DNA from: Mobula birostris
Taxonomy: Eukaryota
DNA: 64,000 bases
Assembly: GCF_030028105.1 (NCBI RefSeq)
Contig: NC_092384.1
Location: forward strand, 37,703,553 to 37,767,552
Direction: 5' to 3'
A model generated the notes under the pieces. The model did not search any database and was not told the origin of the DNA. It saw only the letters and a program-made list of their open reading frames with translations. Below, piece after piece: positions 1 to 11,831 of the stretch; positions within the stretch are counted from its first letter, which is position 1, and each line of letters starts with the position of its first letter. Made by a program: the position numbers and the translations under genes.

Positions 1-757
1 TGTAAAGTTTGATGGCCACAGGCAGGAATGACTTCCTATGACGCTCTGTGTTGCATCTCGGTGAAATGAGTCTCTGGCTGAATGTACTCCTGTGCCCACC
101 CAGTACATTATGTAGTGGATGGTAGACATTGACCAAGATGGCACGCAACTTGGACAGCATCCTCTTTTCAGACACCACCCGTCAGAGAGTCCAGTTCCAT
201 CCCCACAACATCACTGGCCTTACGAACGAGTTTGTTGTTCTGTTGGTGTCTGCTACCCTCAGCCTGCTGCCCCAGCACACAACAGCAAACATGATAGCAC
301 TGGCCACCACAGACTCGTAGAACATCCTCAGCATTGTCTGGCAGATGTTAAAGGACCTCAGTCTCTTCAGGAAATAGAGACGGCTCTGACCCTTCTTGTA
401 GACAGCCTCAGTGTTCTTTGACCAGTCCAGTTTATTGTCAATTCGTATCCCCAGGTATTTGTAATCCTCCACCATACCCACACTGACCCCCTGGATGGAA
501 ACAGGGGTCACCGGTACCTTAGCTCTCCTCAGGTCTATCACCAGCTCCTTAGTCTTTTTCACATTAGGCTGCAGATAATTCTGCTCACACCATGTGACAA
601 AGTTTCCTACTGTAGCTCTGTACTCGGCCTCATCTCCCTTGCTGGTGCATCCAACTATGGCAGAGTCATCAGAAAACTTCTGAAGATGACAAGGCTCTGT
701 GCAGTAGTTGAAGTCCGAGGTGTAAACGGTGAAGAGAAAGGGAGACAAGACAGTCCC
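1..757 (-). mobile_element. Rex1/Babar-like non-LTR retrotransposon, RT fragment (5'-truncated, runs off window)
   Basis: ORF 182..748 carries RT motifs SPFLFTVYTSD, KFSDD, KTKELVIDLRR, YKYLG and RLYFLKRLRSF. Confidence 0.85.
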
Positions 758-917
758 CTAATTTTGCTTATGATTTTTACATATATACGAGAAAATTTCA
801 GAATGAACACATGCAGACCCCAAAAATTGATGTTGTAATTTCAAAATAATTCAGCATGTACCTGTCATTTCTGAGATTTCTGTCCTCAATGTAGCAAAGT
901 ACAGTGGACTCCGGTTA

Positions 918-1993
918 TCAGAATCAGATTTAGTATCACCGGCATATGTCACCAAATTTTTTAATTTTGCAGTAGCAGTACCATGAAATACATGATAAAT
1001 AAATAGAGGAAAAAACTGAGTTCCGGTAAACATACAAACGTATATATTGTATGTCTAATAAATAGTTAGGTTTAAGCAATGCAAAATAACAGAAAAAAAA
1101 AGTGGGGTTGTGTTCATGGGTTCAATGTCCATTTAGAAATTAGATGGCAGAGGGAAAGCAGCTGTTCCTGAATCACTGGTGTGTGCCTTCAGGCTTCTGT
1201 ACTTCCTCCCCAAGAGTAACAGCCTGTGTGGTGGGGATCCTTAATGATGGATCCCACCTTCCTAAGGCACCATCTCTTGAAGATATCTTGGATATTATGG
1301 AGGCTGGTACCCATGATTGGGCTCACCAATTTTACTAGTTTCTGCAACTTATTTCGATCTTGTGCAGTAGACCCACCCCATAGCAGACAGTGATGCAGCC
1401 AGTCAGAATACTCCCCGTGGTACATTTGTGTAAGTTTGAGTGTTTTAGTTGACAACCCAAGTCTCCTCAAACTCCTAATAAAATATAGCTGCTATGTTGC
1501 CTTCTTTATAGCTGTATCAATATGTTTTGTCCAGGTTAGGTCCTCAGCGATATTGACACCCAAGATCTTGAAGGGGTTAACCAAGATTCTGCAAAACAAA
1601 GGGTGTACACATTCCTAACGACCCTCTGATACAGAACCCTAGCTCGGAGATCGTCAATTTTATTTACCAGAGGCTGCACGTTTGCCAGCAAGGTAGCTGG
1701 TACTGGGAGTCCAAAACTTTTTTTTAAAACACTTCGTCAGACCAGCACATCGACCCCTCTTTTGCGGCAGATTCTTAAATGGGCAGTGTGGCGACCACAG
1801 TCTGGTCTATTTCTGTCGGTTTTAAGCAGCGATAGATCGTTCAATCGCATTAGAACTTCATCTCTAACTGTGGACATCATAGATGCAGTTATGGTTCTCA
1901 GCCGTAGCAGGCTAAAACAAGAATATTTCACGTTTACCATTGTCTTCAATGAGAGCTGCTGTTAGGGTCATCTGTAATGTTGGTGCCCTGGAA
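918..1993 (-). mobile_element. Internally deleted Rex/Babar-like LINE (5' end fused to 3' end)
   Basis: APE N-terminus LLANVQPLVNKIDDLRARVLYQR at about 1570-1700 joins directly to RT C-terminal sequence and a TCTGATTCTGA tail at 918. GTTA is duplicated at 914-917 and 1994-1997. Confidence 0.75.
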
Positions 1994-2287
1994 GTTACTT
2001 GTGATACAGCAGGACTAGTATATTTTGACTCAAATACATGGCTCCCAAATTAGCCAACGTTTCATAGAAATAGTTAAAAAGATGTAAAATAAACAAACTG
2101 TGTAACAAATTATTTAAATGAAATGCAGAACATACTAGAGTACTACCAATACTACTACAGTACTATAGAAGTATGTATCAGTTCCTAATACTTATCAGTA
2201 GAGGAATTCATCCACATCCTGTTCTTTTGACTATAAAGGAACAAAATCAGCATAGACACCTCGTGCAGATAATGGACTGCTTTCGTA

Positions 2288-2920
2288 AGACCATAAGACA
2301 TAGGAACAGAATTAGGCCATTCAGCCCATCGAGTCCACTCCACCACCATTCCATCATGGCTGATTCTGGATCCCGTTCAACCCCATACACCTGCTGTTCA
2401 CTATATCCTTTGATGCCCTGACCAATTAGGAAACTGTCAAGTTCTGCTTTAAATATACCCATGGACTTGGCTTCCATCGCAGTCTACGGCAGACATTGCA
2501 CAGATTCACTACTCTCTGGCTGAAAAAATTCCTCCTTACCTCTGTTCTGAAAGGTCTCCCCTCAATTTTGAAGCTGTGACCTTTTAGAACAGAGGTAAGG
2601 AAGAATTTCTAAAGGTAAGTCCTACCGTCCTTCATAGAGTAGAATGACATTTGCAATTTTCCAGTCCTCCGAAACCAGCCCAGTGAATCTAGTGGTCTTT
2701 CAAAAAATGAGTGTTTCTTGAAAGATCACTGATCATGCCTCTATAATTTCTTCAGCTACCTCTTTCAGACTCCTCCACTGTAGTCTGTCTGGCTGAGGTA
2801 AGTTATCTACCTTGAGACCCTTTATCTTCCTCAGCATCTTCTCCTCAGTAATAGCAACTGCACTCACTTTTGCTCCCTGACACTCACATTTCTGGCATGC
2901 TATTGGTATCTTCCACACTT
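2288..2920 (-). mobile_element. CR1 LINE, internally deleted, with 3' tail
   Basis: CR1 ORF2 remnants in ORFs 2733..2918 and 2247..2477 (EAKSMGIFKAELDSFL...GIKGY); TCTTATGG-type tail ends at about 2288. Confidence 0.8.
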
Positions 2921-3071
2921 AAAGAGTAACACACAAATACTTACTCACTTCTTATTAATATTACCCTGGGTGCTGTAGTTTCCTCCATCTCCAGATATGT
3001 CAATTGTTAGGTGAATTGCCTACTGTAAATTTCTCCGAGTGAAAGGAACTAGTGGGAGAAACAAGGTGTGT

Positions 3072-3257
3072 GGGGGGGGAGAGAGGGGGGAGAGGGGGGG
3101 GAGAGAGGGGGGAGAGAGGGGGGAGAGAGGGGGGGAGAGAGGGGGGGAGAGAGGGGGGGAGAGAGGGGGTGAGAGAGGGGGTGAGAGAGGGGGTGAGAGA
3201 GGGGGGGAGAGAGGGGGGGAGAGAGGGGGGGAGAGAGGGGGGGAGAGAGGGGGGGAG
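3072..3257 (+). repeat. About 12-bp G/A-rich tandem repeat (GAGAGAGGGGGG)n inside a V-SINE remnant
   Basis: Read directly from the sequence; it produces the SPPL/GERG low-complexity ORFs. Confidence 0.95.
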
Positions 3258-4630
3258 AAGAAAAGTGGAAGAAAGGTGATTGCTCTGTGGGTCTTTGTGA
3301 GAGACTCCATGGGTTGAATGGACTCTTGCATCATGAGGGAATACCAGAAAATGACAAAGCATACACAGTTATAGCATAAGACACAGAAGCAGAATTATGC
3401 CATTCAGCCCATTGAGTCTGCTATACCATTCCATCCTGGCTGATTTATTATCAATGTCCTGACTAGTCAGGAACCTATCTCCACTTTAAACATACCCGAT
3501 GACTCGGCCTGCATAGCTGTCATTCTCCTGCTTTCCTGCTCAAAATTAAGTGAAAAAGATCACCATTTAATGTGCTAGATTGAAACAACTCGGACATCAG
3601 CCATTGTCCTTCCATCATTAAACTTGCTAAAGTTTGATCTAATGTACAATAAATCCAGAACTCAAAATGAACAGGAACTTAAAGACAAATAAGATAAATA
3701 TTTACTGCAAAACCACATGAACATCACTAACATTTCAATGGTATTTGGTAGACAAAGTTAGATAAAGGGTACAAAAAAGCACTAATTAATCTACTATCGC
3801 CTAACATGATCAAATTAACACATTCCAGTTGCAATATGAAGAACTAAATTACAGCACTAAGAAAAGAAAATCTGGAAAAATGCCATTTTGGAAGTTCTGA
3901 ACTAGTCTGAGAAGTCTTTTACTTCCAAGTTCCCACTCTGCTTAAAGATCTCAGATAATTAGTGCTCAAACTTTAAAACTCTACATTTTCTCTCACAACT
4001 GCCCTTTCTCAAAATTTGTCCCTTTTTCTTTCGCAGGCACCATCATGAGGATAAATTCTGCATGTGCATGGTCCAAATGATGAATTGACATATGGGAGAC
4101 AAGATTTTAAAAGAGACAATTGCCATTGATTAGTGAAGGCAAAATACATGGTATATTTTCTTCCATCTGACACAACTGTTCTGCTGTGTTTCCTGTGATT
4201 AACCGAGGCCAGACCTCCAGTTTTTTTTAACCCCCCCCCCACAAAACATCAGAGAGAAACAGTCTATTTGTCAAATAATGCACCAAGAACACAAACATTG
4301 TTTGCACCTATGGCAAGTACAGATCTACTGAATTATTTCGTGAAATATGTAGGGTTAAATTAGTTTCTGAAGTATGTAGGATTAAATTATACATGATAAC
4401 AAATCATTAAAAGCAGTAGTTTGTAAAAGATCAAGAGACAATAACCAACTTGATATGTGTGAATTAACAGCTATGACATCACATACAGTACATTAGTTAA
4501 AAATGGACTTGAATGAAAAAATATCTAAAGTCTGAAATCAGCAATTCAAGCGCACATTACAACCATACTTATTTCAAACCACAATACATTCAGATTATTT
4601 TAATAAATTGATAAAATATGTATTAGCTAC

Positions 4631-4895
4631 CTTATGTAAGCAGGTGTCCACTACCCAGTTGCAGACTTTTTCAAGGTCATCCGTTACCACAAGTCTAGAT
4701 CTAGCAAACTCACAGAGCTCCTCATTCGACATCACATCTCAGATGCCATCACAAGCCAGTATAATAAACTCATCTTCTACTCCAAGAATCTCATACACGT
4801 CAGGTTCTGGTGATGTTCCTCAGCTGCTCTGTAGGCCCTTTCCCATCGACACACTTGTAATCATAGTCCCCCAGGGCTCTTGACACAGCCAGTGA
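4631..4895 (-). pseudogene. PPM1B: PPM1B (PP2C-beta) exon fragment, disabled
   Basis: Translates [25 protein letters not shown] / [60 protein letters not shown]. Has a frameshift near 4815 and W->TGA at 4741-4739. Residues GDYDY, CVDGK, VCNW and CLHK favour PPM1B over PPM1A. Ends at AAG|GTAGCT. Confidence 0.9.
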
Positions 4896-5419
4896 TCATA
4901 CAATCCTTTCAACGATTGTATCCTCCAAGTCTTCGTTTTCATTGTAATACTCAAGATGAATGTCGATACCGTCAAAATCTTCATAGTTCCTAACTTGTTG
5001 AAGAAGTGAAATTGTTTTATTTTCACTCTCAGCATTTTTTGGCATCTCCAAGCCTGAATGCTTGAAACTGCAGAGAGCAAACAGTTCTGAATTGTCCTAC
5101 CGATAAGCTCATGCTAACTATCAGTAACAAAAATCTCTGCTTTTTGAACACAGACACAACTGACACAATTTAATAACTGTTTGCTCTAAGCATGGTGTAG
5201 TGTCTAATGGCCACGCAAGTACATGCAACTGACGCTAGTTATAAACTGTTTATCAATAGTCTCCTGCCCCAATTAGGCAGCATAGTGTCCCAAATAAACC
5301 ATGGGAGTCCCAGCCACATTCTTGATCAGTCTTTGTTCTTTAAGAGTTGTCCCAAATAAGTGGCTGTCCTGATTAACCAATGGCCCCAATAAATGGAATC
5401 CACTGTATATCGTATGTAT

Positions 5420-5712
5420 GGCGCGGGGCCAAGTGGTTAGGGTGTTGGACTAGTAATCTGAAGGTCGTGGGTTCGAGCCTCGGCCAAGGCAGTGTGCGTG
5501 TCCTGGAGCAAGGCACTTAACCACACATTGCTCCAGTCTACCCACCTGAGAATGGGTACCAGCAAAATGCTGGGTGTTAACCTCGCGATAGACTGGTGTC
5601 CTATCCGGGGGCGGGGGGGGGGGGGGGAAGAGTCTCGTACTCTCAGTCATTTCACGCCACGGAAACTGGCATAAGCACCGGCCTGATGGGCCACAGGCTC
5701 GGGACAGACTTT
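5420..5712 (+). mobile_element. tRNA-derived SINE
   Basis: A box GGCCAAGTGG and B box GGTTCGAGCC, followed by a GTGTCCTGGAGCAAGGCACTTAACC core and a non-tRNA tail. Confidence 0.8.
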
Positions 5713-6530
5713 AAAAAATTGTATATCAGCAGTGTAAAATCAACAGAATTAACAGTAGAAGAATACCGCAGAACCGCTGATTCTACACGTGAACAGGATT
5801 ATGCAATGAATAGGAAGCCATAGAAACTATGGTTTGACAATGTAAAGCATTGAGAAAATCCCTACATAGATGTCTGCACACCTGTGCAATACTTAACAGA
5901 AGGGAGCATATTGAAAAAGATATAGCAAACTATCTAATGAATTAAATTTGGTAGCTGAGCGACACAACCCCAAAAATTGAATTAATGATAAAAACTGTGT
6001 ATGATTTGTGGCCAATGTACTAAGCTTCCTTAAGGCAGATGAAACCTTAGAAATAATGTAGCACAGATCCATGACTGACAAGTGGGCAGACATGAAATAA
6101 GTTTCTAGGAGTTAGATTGCTACTTGGTTATAATAAAAAAAAGTACTGAAGGGATACATGTAATGCAAATATTTTCCACTTGTAGTCACAGATTACTCAA
6201 CAAATTAAACTAGTTTCTTCATGTTATATGCTCCTTTTCTAAATAAAAAAAACTATATCCCACTTAGATCCAAATTATGATGGCACCAAGTTCTAATTGA
6301 ACTACCTCCATTCTTCGGAAATGGTTATCAAAATTTACCAACGGAAATAGTAAAATTAGGTGTTAACAAGTGTTTCAAGTTTTAAAGAATTTACTTTTAA
6401 TCTTTATTAAAGATTATGGAATTAAGTTCCATCAGCCACAAAGTTCACTTGAAATGCAACATGAAAAAATTAAAATTCAACTTAAGTCCTACATGCACAG
6501 ACACACATAAATTTTTAAGAGATTGCTCAC

Positions 6531-6640
6531 CTGCAGAAATGGCCAATTCTATATTGTCATTGAACTTTCTCAAGCATAGAATACAGATATCCAATAAACC
6601 TTCTTTGTTGAAGACAGACACTGCCTTGCTGCTGCTTTCA
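6531..6640 (-). CDS. HEATR3: HEATR3 exon 5
   Basis: 110 nt with AG/GT ends; encodes ESSSKAVSVFNKEGLLDICILCLRKFNDNIELAISA, similar to human ECSSRAVSIFNKEGCLEI...LAISV. Confidence 0.93.
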
Positions 6641-7913
6641 CTTAAAAGATAAAAGGAAAATGTCTGATTACATTACATTTATTTAGCTGAGACTCCTTCA
6701 TATCTGCATTGAAATCAATCACCGAATCAAACCAGGATTTACAAAATTACGCACCTTATCATCAGGCATATTTGTTTCTGATATAACACAACTGTACTAA
6801 CAAAATGCCAAATTATTCAACAGAAAATTATGTGCAGCAAAATAATTTGTACATTCATAAAAATTAAAGACACTTTCGGAGCAAGTATCTAATCTCAGAA
6901 GCAATAATCCTCGCTGAACCGACAGAAAATTATGCAGGATAGGAGACCGTGGATGCAGGCTGACAGTGGATAAGAGACTACAGACATAGCTTTCCCAGTA
7001 GATATCGATAACTGCTTGTCTCCTGGGATGGAGAAAGTTAGTTCCCGAAAGAGAGGGTAAGAGGCCAGAAGGAGATGAATAAGTGCTGGAGATAGGAGAA
7101 GAGGTTGTCAGTGGAGGTGAGCAAGCCTTAGGCAGGGAGGCAAAGGCAGCAGAAGTACTCAACCTGTAAATCTCCAAGATTCGAGTACTTGGGTTCAAGC
7201 TGAGGTCTCTGCCAAGGGGGTCAGGGGAATAGTGAAGCAGGGGTCAGAGACAAAGTGAAATGTGGGGTCGGAGGAAAGGAATTGGAGACTTCAAAGGCAA
7301 AGGAGTCAGCAGAAGGGAGGTTAGAGGAGAGGGATGGGGGTGAGGTGAAGGGGTGGGGGGGACGAGGAGAAAGAGTGAGGAGGCCCATGTGGAGCGTTGG
7401 GACCTGGGCCTACAGCCAAGCAGGAGAGCGAGAAACCAGTTGGCAACCAGTCAGGAAGCAATACTTTGTGGGTTCTGTGTTAGAGCAGTACACATCAAAG
7501 CCAAACTTCCGCCACAACTCAAATATTCCATTGGGTTGTTTCAAATATGCCCAGTGCAAAAACATAGATGTGAAACCTATGAGTACACTACCCACAATTT
7601 TCTATCAGTTGCAATAAATGGAGGTAAATAATTATCAGTGCACCCACTATTTTCTGATCCACTCTCACTGTTGGATACATATCTTTGTTCACACACTTCA
7701 GGGTAGTTGTTACGAACTACATGTAATTTATTAGAGTGCATGTTCGTACAGTAAATAAAATTGTCACCAAATATTATCACTGACATCAAAATCACCTTTT
7801 CTTCTTACCTGTAATGATTTAGTGATAACAAGACTAAATTATCAAGCAATTCTGCATTAAAAAGTTTACAGCAGTTACTCAGAAAACTTGTGTAAGATAA
7901 ATAATGAACTTAC

Positions 7914-8026
7914 CACAAATTCCAAAGAAGATGGATAGCCTCATTGGACACATCCTCTATATAGTTTTTATCAGAACCTTGTATTTTTTGAGGATTTACC
8001 ATATTAGAATTTAATTCTGTACAGCA
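7914..8026 (-). CDS. HEATR3: HEATR3 exon 4
   Basis: 113 nt, cag|...|gtaagt; encodes CCTELNSNMVNPQKIQGSDKNYIEDVSNEAIHLLWNLC; phases fit exons 3 and 5. Confidence 0.9.
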
Positions 8027-8239
8027 CTGCCAACACAAAAAAAAACAAATCTAATAGAGTTTTGCACAGCACAGAGCAAACTTTTATAATGTAGCATGAT
8101 TTCAATAGATTTAAACTATATTTTGAACCAAAGAACAAACTCCCTGACAGTTCTCCACAAAATGCTTTTCCATTCCCAATGCATAGACATGACAAACACC
8201 ACCTTCCTGGCAGCATTGTCATGAATTTTGAGTAACATT

Positions 8240-8510
8240 CTTTATAACTTTATTTACTTATTTGGCAATAGAGTGCAGAGTAGCCCCTTGAATCACCCTA
8301 CCCCAGCAACCCCACAACCCCATTAACCCTAATCTAATCACAGGACAGTTTACAATGGTCAATTAACCTACTAACTGGTATCTCTTTAGACTGTGGGAGG
8401 AAACTGGAGCACCTGGGGAAAATCCACACATTCCACAGGGAGAACGCACAGACTCCTTACAGAGAATGCCAGAATTGAACTCTGCCAACCGCTGCACAAC
8501 CATGGCACCC
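8240..8510 (-). mobile_element. V-SINE (HE1-like)
   Basis: TGTGGGAGGAAACTGGAGCACCTGGGGAAAATCCACAC is the reverse complement of the V-domain core. Confidence 0.7.
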
Positions 8511-8642
8511 TTGAATATCACTGAACATCCTGATCAACGTATCTTGAATATCAACAGAATAAGACCACCCCATGGAAACAAAATTACAGAAAAAAAAAAA
8601 CAAACTGCCGCATTAGGATTTATTTTTTGCATTAAGGCTTAC

Positions 8643-8730
8643 CTCCCGCAACAGCGCAGTAAGGGGTGTCAAAACATCTTGCTTCACCATCTCATCACAA
8701 ACATCGTATCCTCCACAAGCACTAAGATTT
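8643..8730 (-). CDS. HEATR3: HEATR3 exon 3
   Basis: 88 nt, cag|...|gtaagc; encodes [29 protein letters not shown]. Confidence 0.95.
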
Positions 8731-9039
8731 CTGTCATGAATAAACAAGTCTTGTTATGCGCTCTATTGCATATAACCCTTTTCACTTCGTCAATAATTAA
8801 AATATTTCTCCTCTTCCCTTTGGAAATTCTCCATGTCTGATGGACTGCATGAATGCAATGAAGTTGACAATCATCATTCCTTTAAGATTTAAAAAGTTGA
8901 CCAATGGTTCAGAAGAAAGAAACTGTAACTTTTAACTGTTTCACTTAAAATCTTAACATTCTAACTAGATTAAATTGTATCGCCTTTTCAAAATAAATCT
9001 GCCTGATACTTGAAGAAGATTAAAACGTTCAGCACTAAC

Positions 9040-9212
9040 CTGAGTGCACCTGCAGCTGTCTCCCTGACAGCAACACTTGGATCAAGCAGCATAGGTCCCA
9101 AACATCGAATGGCATCTTTTTGCAAAAATGAGGGGATCACCTTTTTCTCCTGGACGAGTTTTGAAATGCTTGCACATGCAAATTCCCGAATATCAGCCGA
9201 CCCGTTCTGTAA
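9040..9212 (-). CDS. HEATR3: HEATR3 exon 2
   Basis: 173 nt, cag|...|gttagt; encodes LQNGSADIREFACASISKLVQEKKVIPSFLQKDAIRCLGPMLLDPSVAVRETAAGALR. Confidence 0.95.
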
Positions 9213-10566
9213 CTGTACACAAGTGGAATTTTAAGTTGGCGCAGCAGAAACCATAAATTATTTTTACAGCTGCTTACACAATCCATAGAAATATTGCGAA
9301 TTTTCTCTGGATATTTTCTAATCCAATATTCAAAGTAGTTTTGTTCCTCTTTTGAAACTGAAGTAAACCAGTATTAGTTAACAATCCTTCACTTTTAAAA
9401 GAAACTATTCAATGAAAATCACACTGACAGCAATAAATTCATATAATTACAACTTAACATTGATTAACCTTTACACAGGATTTCTTTTAATTTTGGTGTT
9501 GTAGACCAGGTTAACAAAATACTCCTCAGCCTGCAAAAGATCATCAAACCCTAAATCTACTTTTTAGGCATTTGCTTCTCAGGAACGTTGAGAAAGAATT
9601 GAGGTAGCTTTAGATTAATCAAAAAGAAATCTAAATTTTTTTTTCAGCCCTGCCTCAGCATTATCTGAACACCAAGGTTTGTTTGTACCAGCATTGTAAA
9701 CTTGCAAATGAGTTGGTGTGTGAGACTCAGACACCTCCTCTGAATTGTTTAAAATATTTGGCGATGAAAATGTTCAGAATTTAATTCCACAGTGAAACAT
9801 GAAGCCATTGAGCCTATAAATTCTAAGTGCAATCCCATTTCTTCCTTCTCCTTATTTTTCTGTACTCCTGCAACTTATTCTCTCCAACACATACTTATAA
9901 ACTTCCCTTCAAATAATTTGCCATTAATTTACACTAAAGGGTAAATTATAGTAGTCAATGAAACTATCTTGACTCAAGGATGTCTGATGAAAAGTGACAT
10001 ACATGGTCAGGGAGGGAACGTGCAAACTCTACAAAGAAGGCATTCAAGGTCAGGGTTGAACCAGAATGCACACAGCTATGAGGCAGTAGCACAAACTTCC
10101 ACCACCTTGCTAAGCTTCACATTGAAAACTTTCTATCTCTATCTTCAAAACCAAAAATTACAATTATTCTATTAATGGATTTCAGTAATGCCCAAATTTA
10201 GACACTTGCATTTTACTGATGCTGGGTGCGTGTTATCCAACACTGCTCCTATTCCATCACCCCTTCTCAGAGACTCCAATTGTGAAAACGTGAAAACATT
10301 TTCAAAACGAAGGCAAATTGGCAACTGTTACGTAAACCTTTACCCTGATTCATTAGATTATAAAAGAGGGTAATCAGAAATTAATCTGCTTAAGGCAAGA
10401 CGAACAACTGGTAGAATAAAATGTGTTAACTATTTTTGCTTTCCATTATTCTGCAGTCAGTAACTTGATTTCAAGTTATGTTTAATTGGAACAACTCCAC
10501 CATGGAGGTCTGAGAAGTTCTTCTTTAAAGATGCATTTATTATTTGTAGCTCACACTGACATCCAT

Positions 10567-11520
10567 TATACTTTATACTTTATTGTCGCCAAACAATTGA
10601 TACTAGAACGTACAATCATCACAGCAATATTTGATTCTGCGCTTCCCACCCCCGGATTACAAATATTAAATATTAAAAATAGTAAAAATCAGTAAATATA
10701 GAAATTTAAATTATAAATCATAAATAGAAAATAGAAAAATGGAAAGTAAGGTAGTGCAAAAAAACCGAGAGGCAGGTCCGGATATTTGGAGAGTATAGCC
10801 CAGATCCGGGTCAGGATCCATTCAGCAGTCTTATCACAGTTGGAAAGAAGCTGTTCCCAAATCTGGCCGTACAAGTCTTCAAGCTCCTGAGCCTTTTCCC
10901 GGAAGGAAGAGGGACGAAAAGTGTGTTGGCTGGGTGAGTCGTGTCTGATTATCCTGGCAGCACTGCTCTGACAGCGTGCGGTGTAAAGTGAGTCCAAGGA
11001 CGGAAGATTGGTTTGTGTGATGTGCTGCGCTGTGTTCATGATGTTCTGCAGCTTCTTTCGGTCTTCGACAGGACAACTTCCATACCAGGTTATGATGCAC
11101 CCTAGAAGAATGCTTTCTACGGTGCATCTATAAAAATTAGTGAGGGTTTTAGGGGACAGGCCAAATTTCTTTAGTTTTCTCAGGAAGTAAAGGCGCTGGT
11201 GGGCCTTCTTGGCAGTGAACTCTGCTTGGTTGGACCAAGTCAGGTCAGTTGTGATATTGACCCCGAGGAACTTAAAGCTTTTGACCTGTTCCACTTGCGC
11301 ACCACCGATATAAATTGAAATATATAAATATATACTCCTTCTGAAGTCAACAACCAATTCCTTCCTCTTGCTGACATTGAGGGATAGGTTATTGTCTTCT
11401 TACCATGCCACCAGGTTCTTAATTTCCTCTCTGTACTCAAACTCATCATTACCTGAGATACGGCCTACAATTGTTGTGTCATCAGCAAACTTATATATTG
11501 AGTTTGATGGAAACTTGGCT
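10567..11520 (-). mobile_element. Rex/Babar-like LINE 3' portion
   Basis: KFADDT, FKFLGVNI and AHQRLYFLRKL motifs (ORFs 10689..11357 and 11240..11449) with a short-repeat tail. Confidence 0.85.
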
Positions 11521-11687
11521 TTGTAGAAGAACATTATCTGATTGCATTTCCCCCCCAACTTGTAACTCAAAGATTTCTAGTTCACTGCTTAAACTTAACC
11601 CTTCTTTGTGATGTTTCTGCCCAACCTCATGCTAACACAGACCCCAGCAACTTCAGGATCAGCCCATTGGCACTGTGTAGCTTTATT

Positions 11688-11831
11688 AGAAACATAGAAA
11701 ACCTACAGCACATACAGGCCCTTTAGCCTACAATGCTGTGCTGAACATGTACTTACTTTAGAAATTACCTAAGGTTACCCATAGCCCTCTATTTTTCAAA
11801 GGTCCATGTACCTATCCAGGAGCCTATCCAG
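11688..11831 (-). mobile_element. CR1 3'-end fragment
   Basis: AGAAACATAGAAAACCTACAGC tail, same family as the ends at 16651-16846 and about 22400-22565. Confidence 0.7.

Larger units (their letters stand above)
902..5405 (-). mobile_element. Non-autonomous Tigger/pogo-type DNA transposon split by two nested insertions
   Basis: Imperfect TIRs CAGTGGACTCCGGTTA (902) and CAGTGGATTCCATTTA (reverse complement ending 5405), each flanked by TA. Element pieces are at 902-917, about 1994-2287 and about 4896-5405. Confidence 0.75.

Noticed and set aside
3000-3362. Four overlapping low-complexity ORFs
   Set aside because: Artefacts of the G/A tandem repeat.
4631-4895. Functional nested PPM1B gene
   Set aside because: Frameshift, premature stop, starts mid-exon, and no other PPM1B exons were seen.
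5420-5495. tRNA gene
   Set aside because: Continues into a SINE body and lacks a proper acceptor stem.
6940-7480. Purine-rich segment with 92-133 aa ORFs
   Set aside because: No recognisable protein; probably an old repeat; left unassigned.
7803-7822. Strong CAG|GTAAGA site in HEATR3 intron 4
   Set aside because: Use as a donor would break the frame, and there is no pyrimidine tract for a recursive site.
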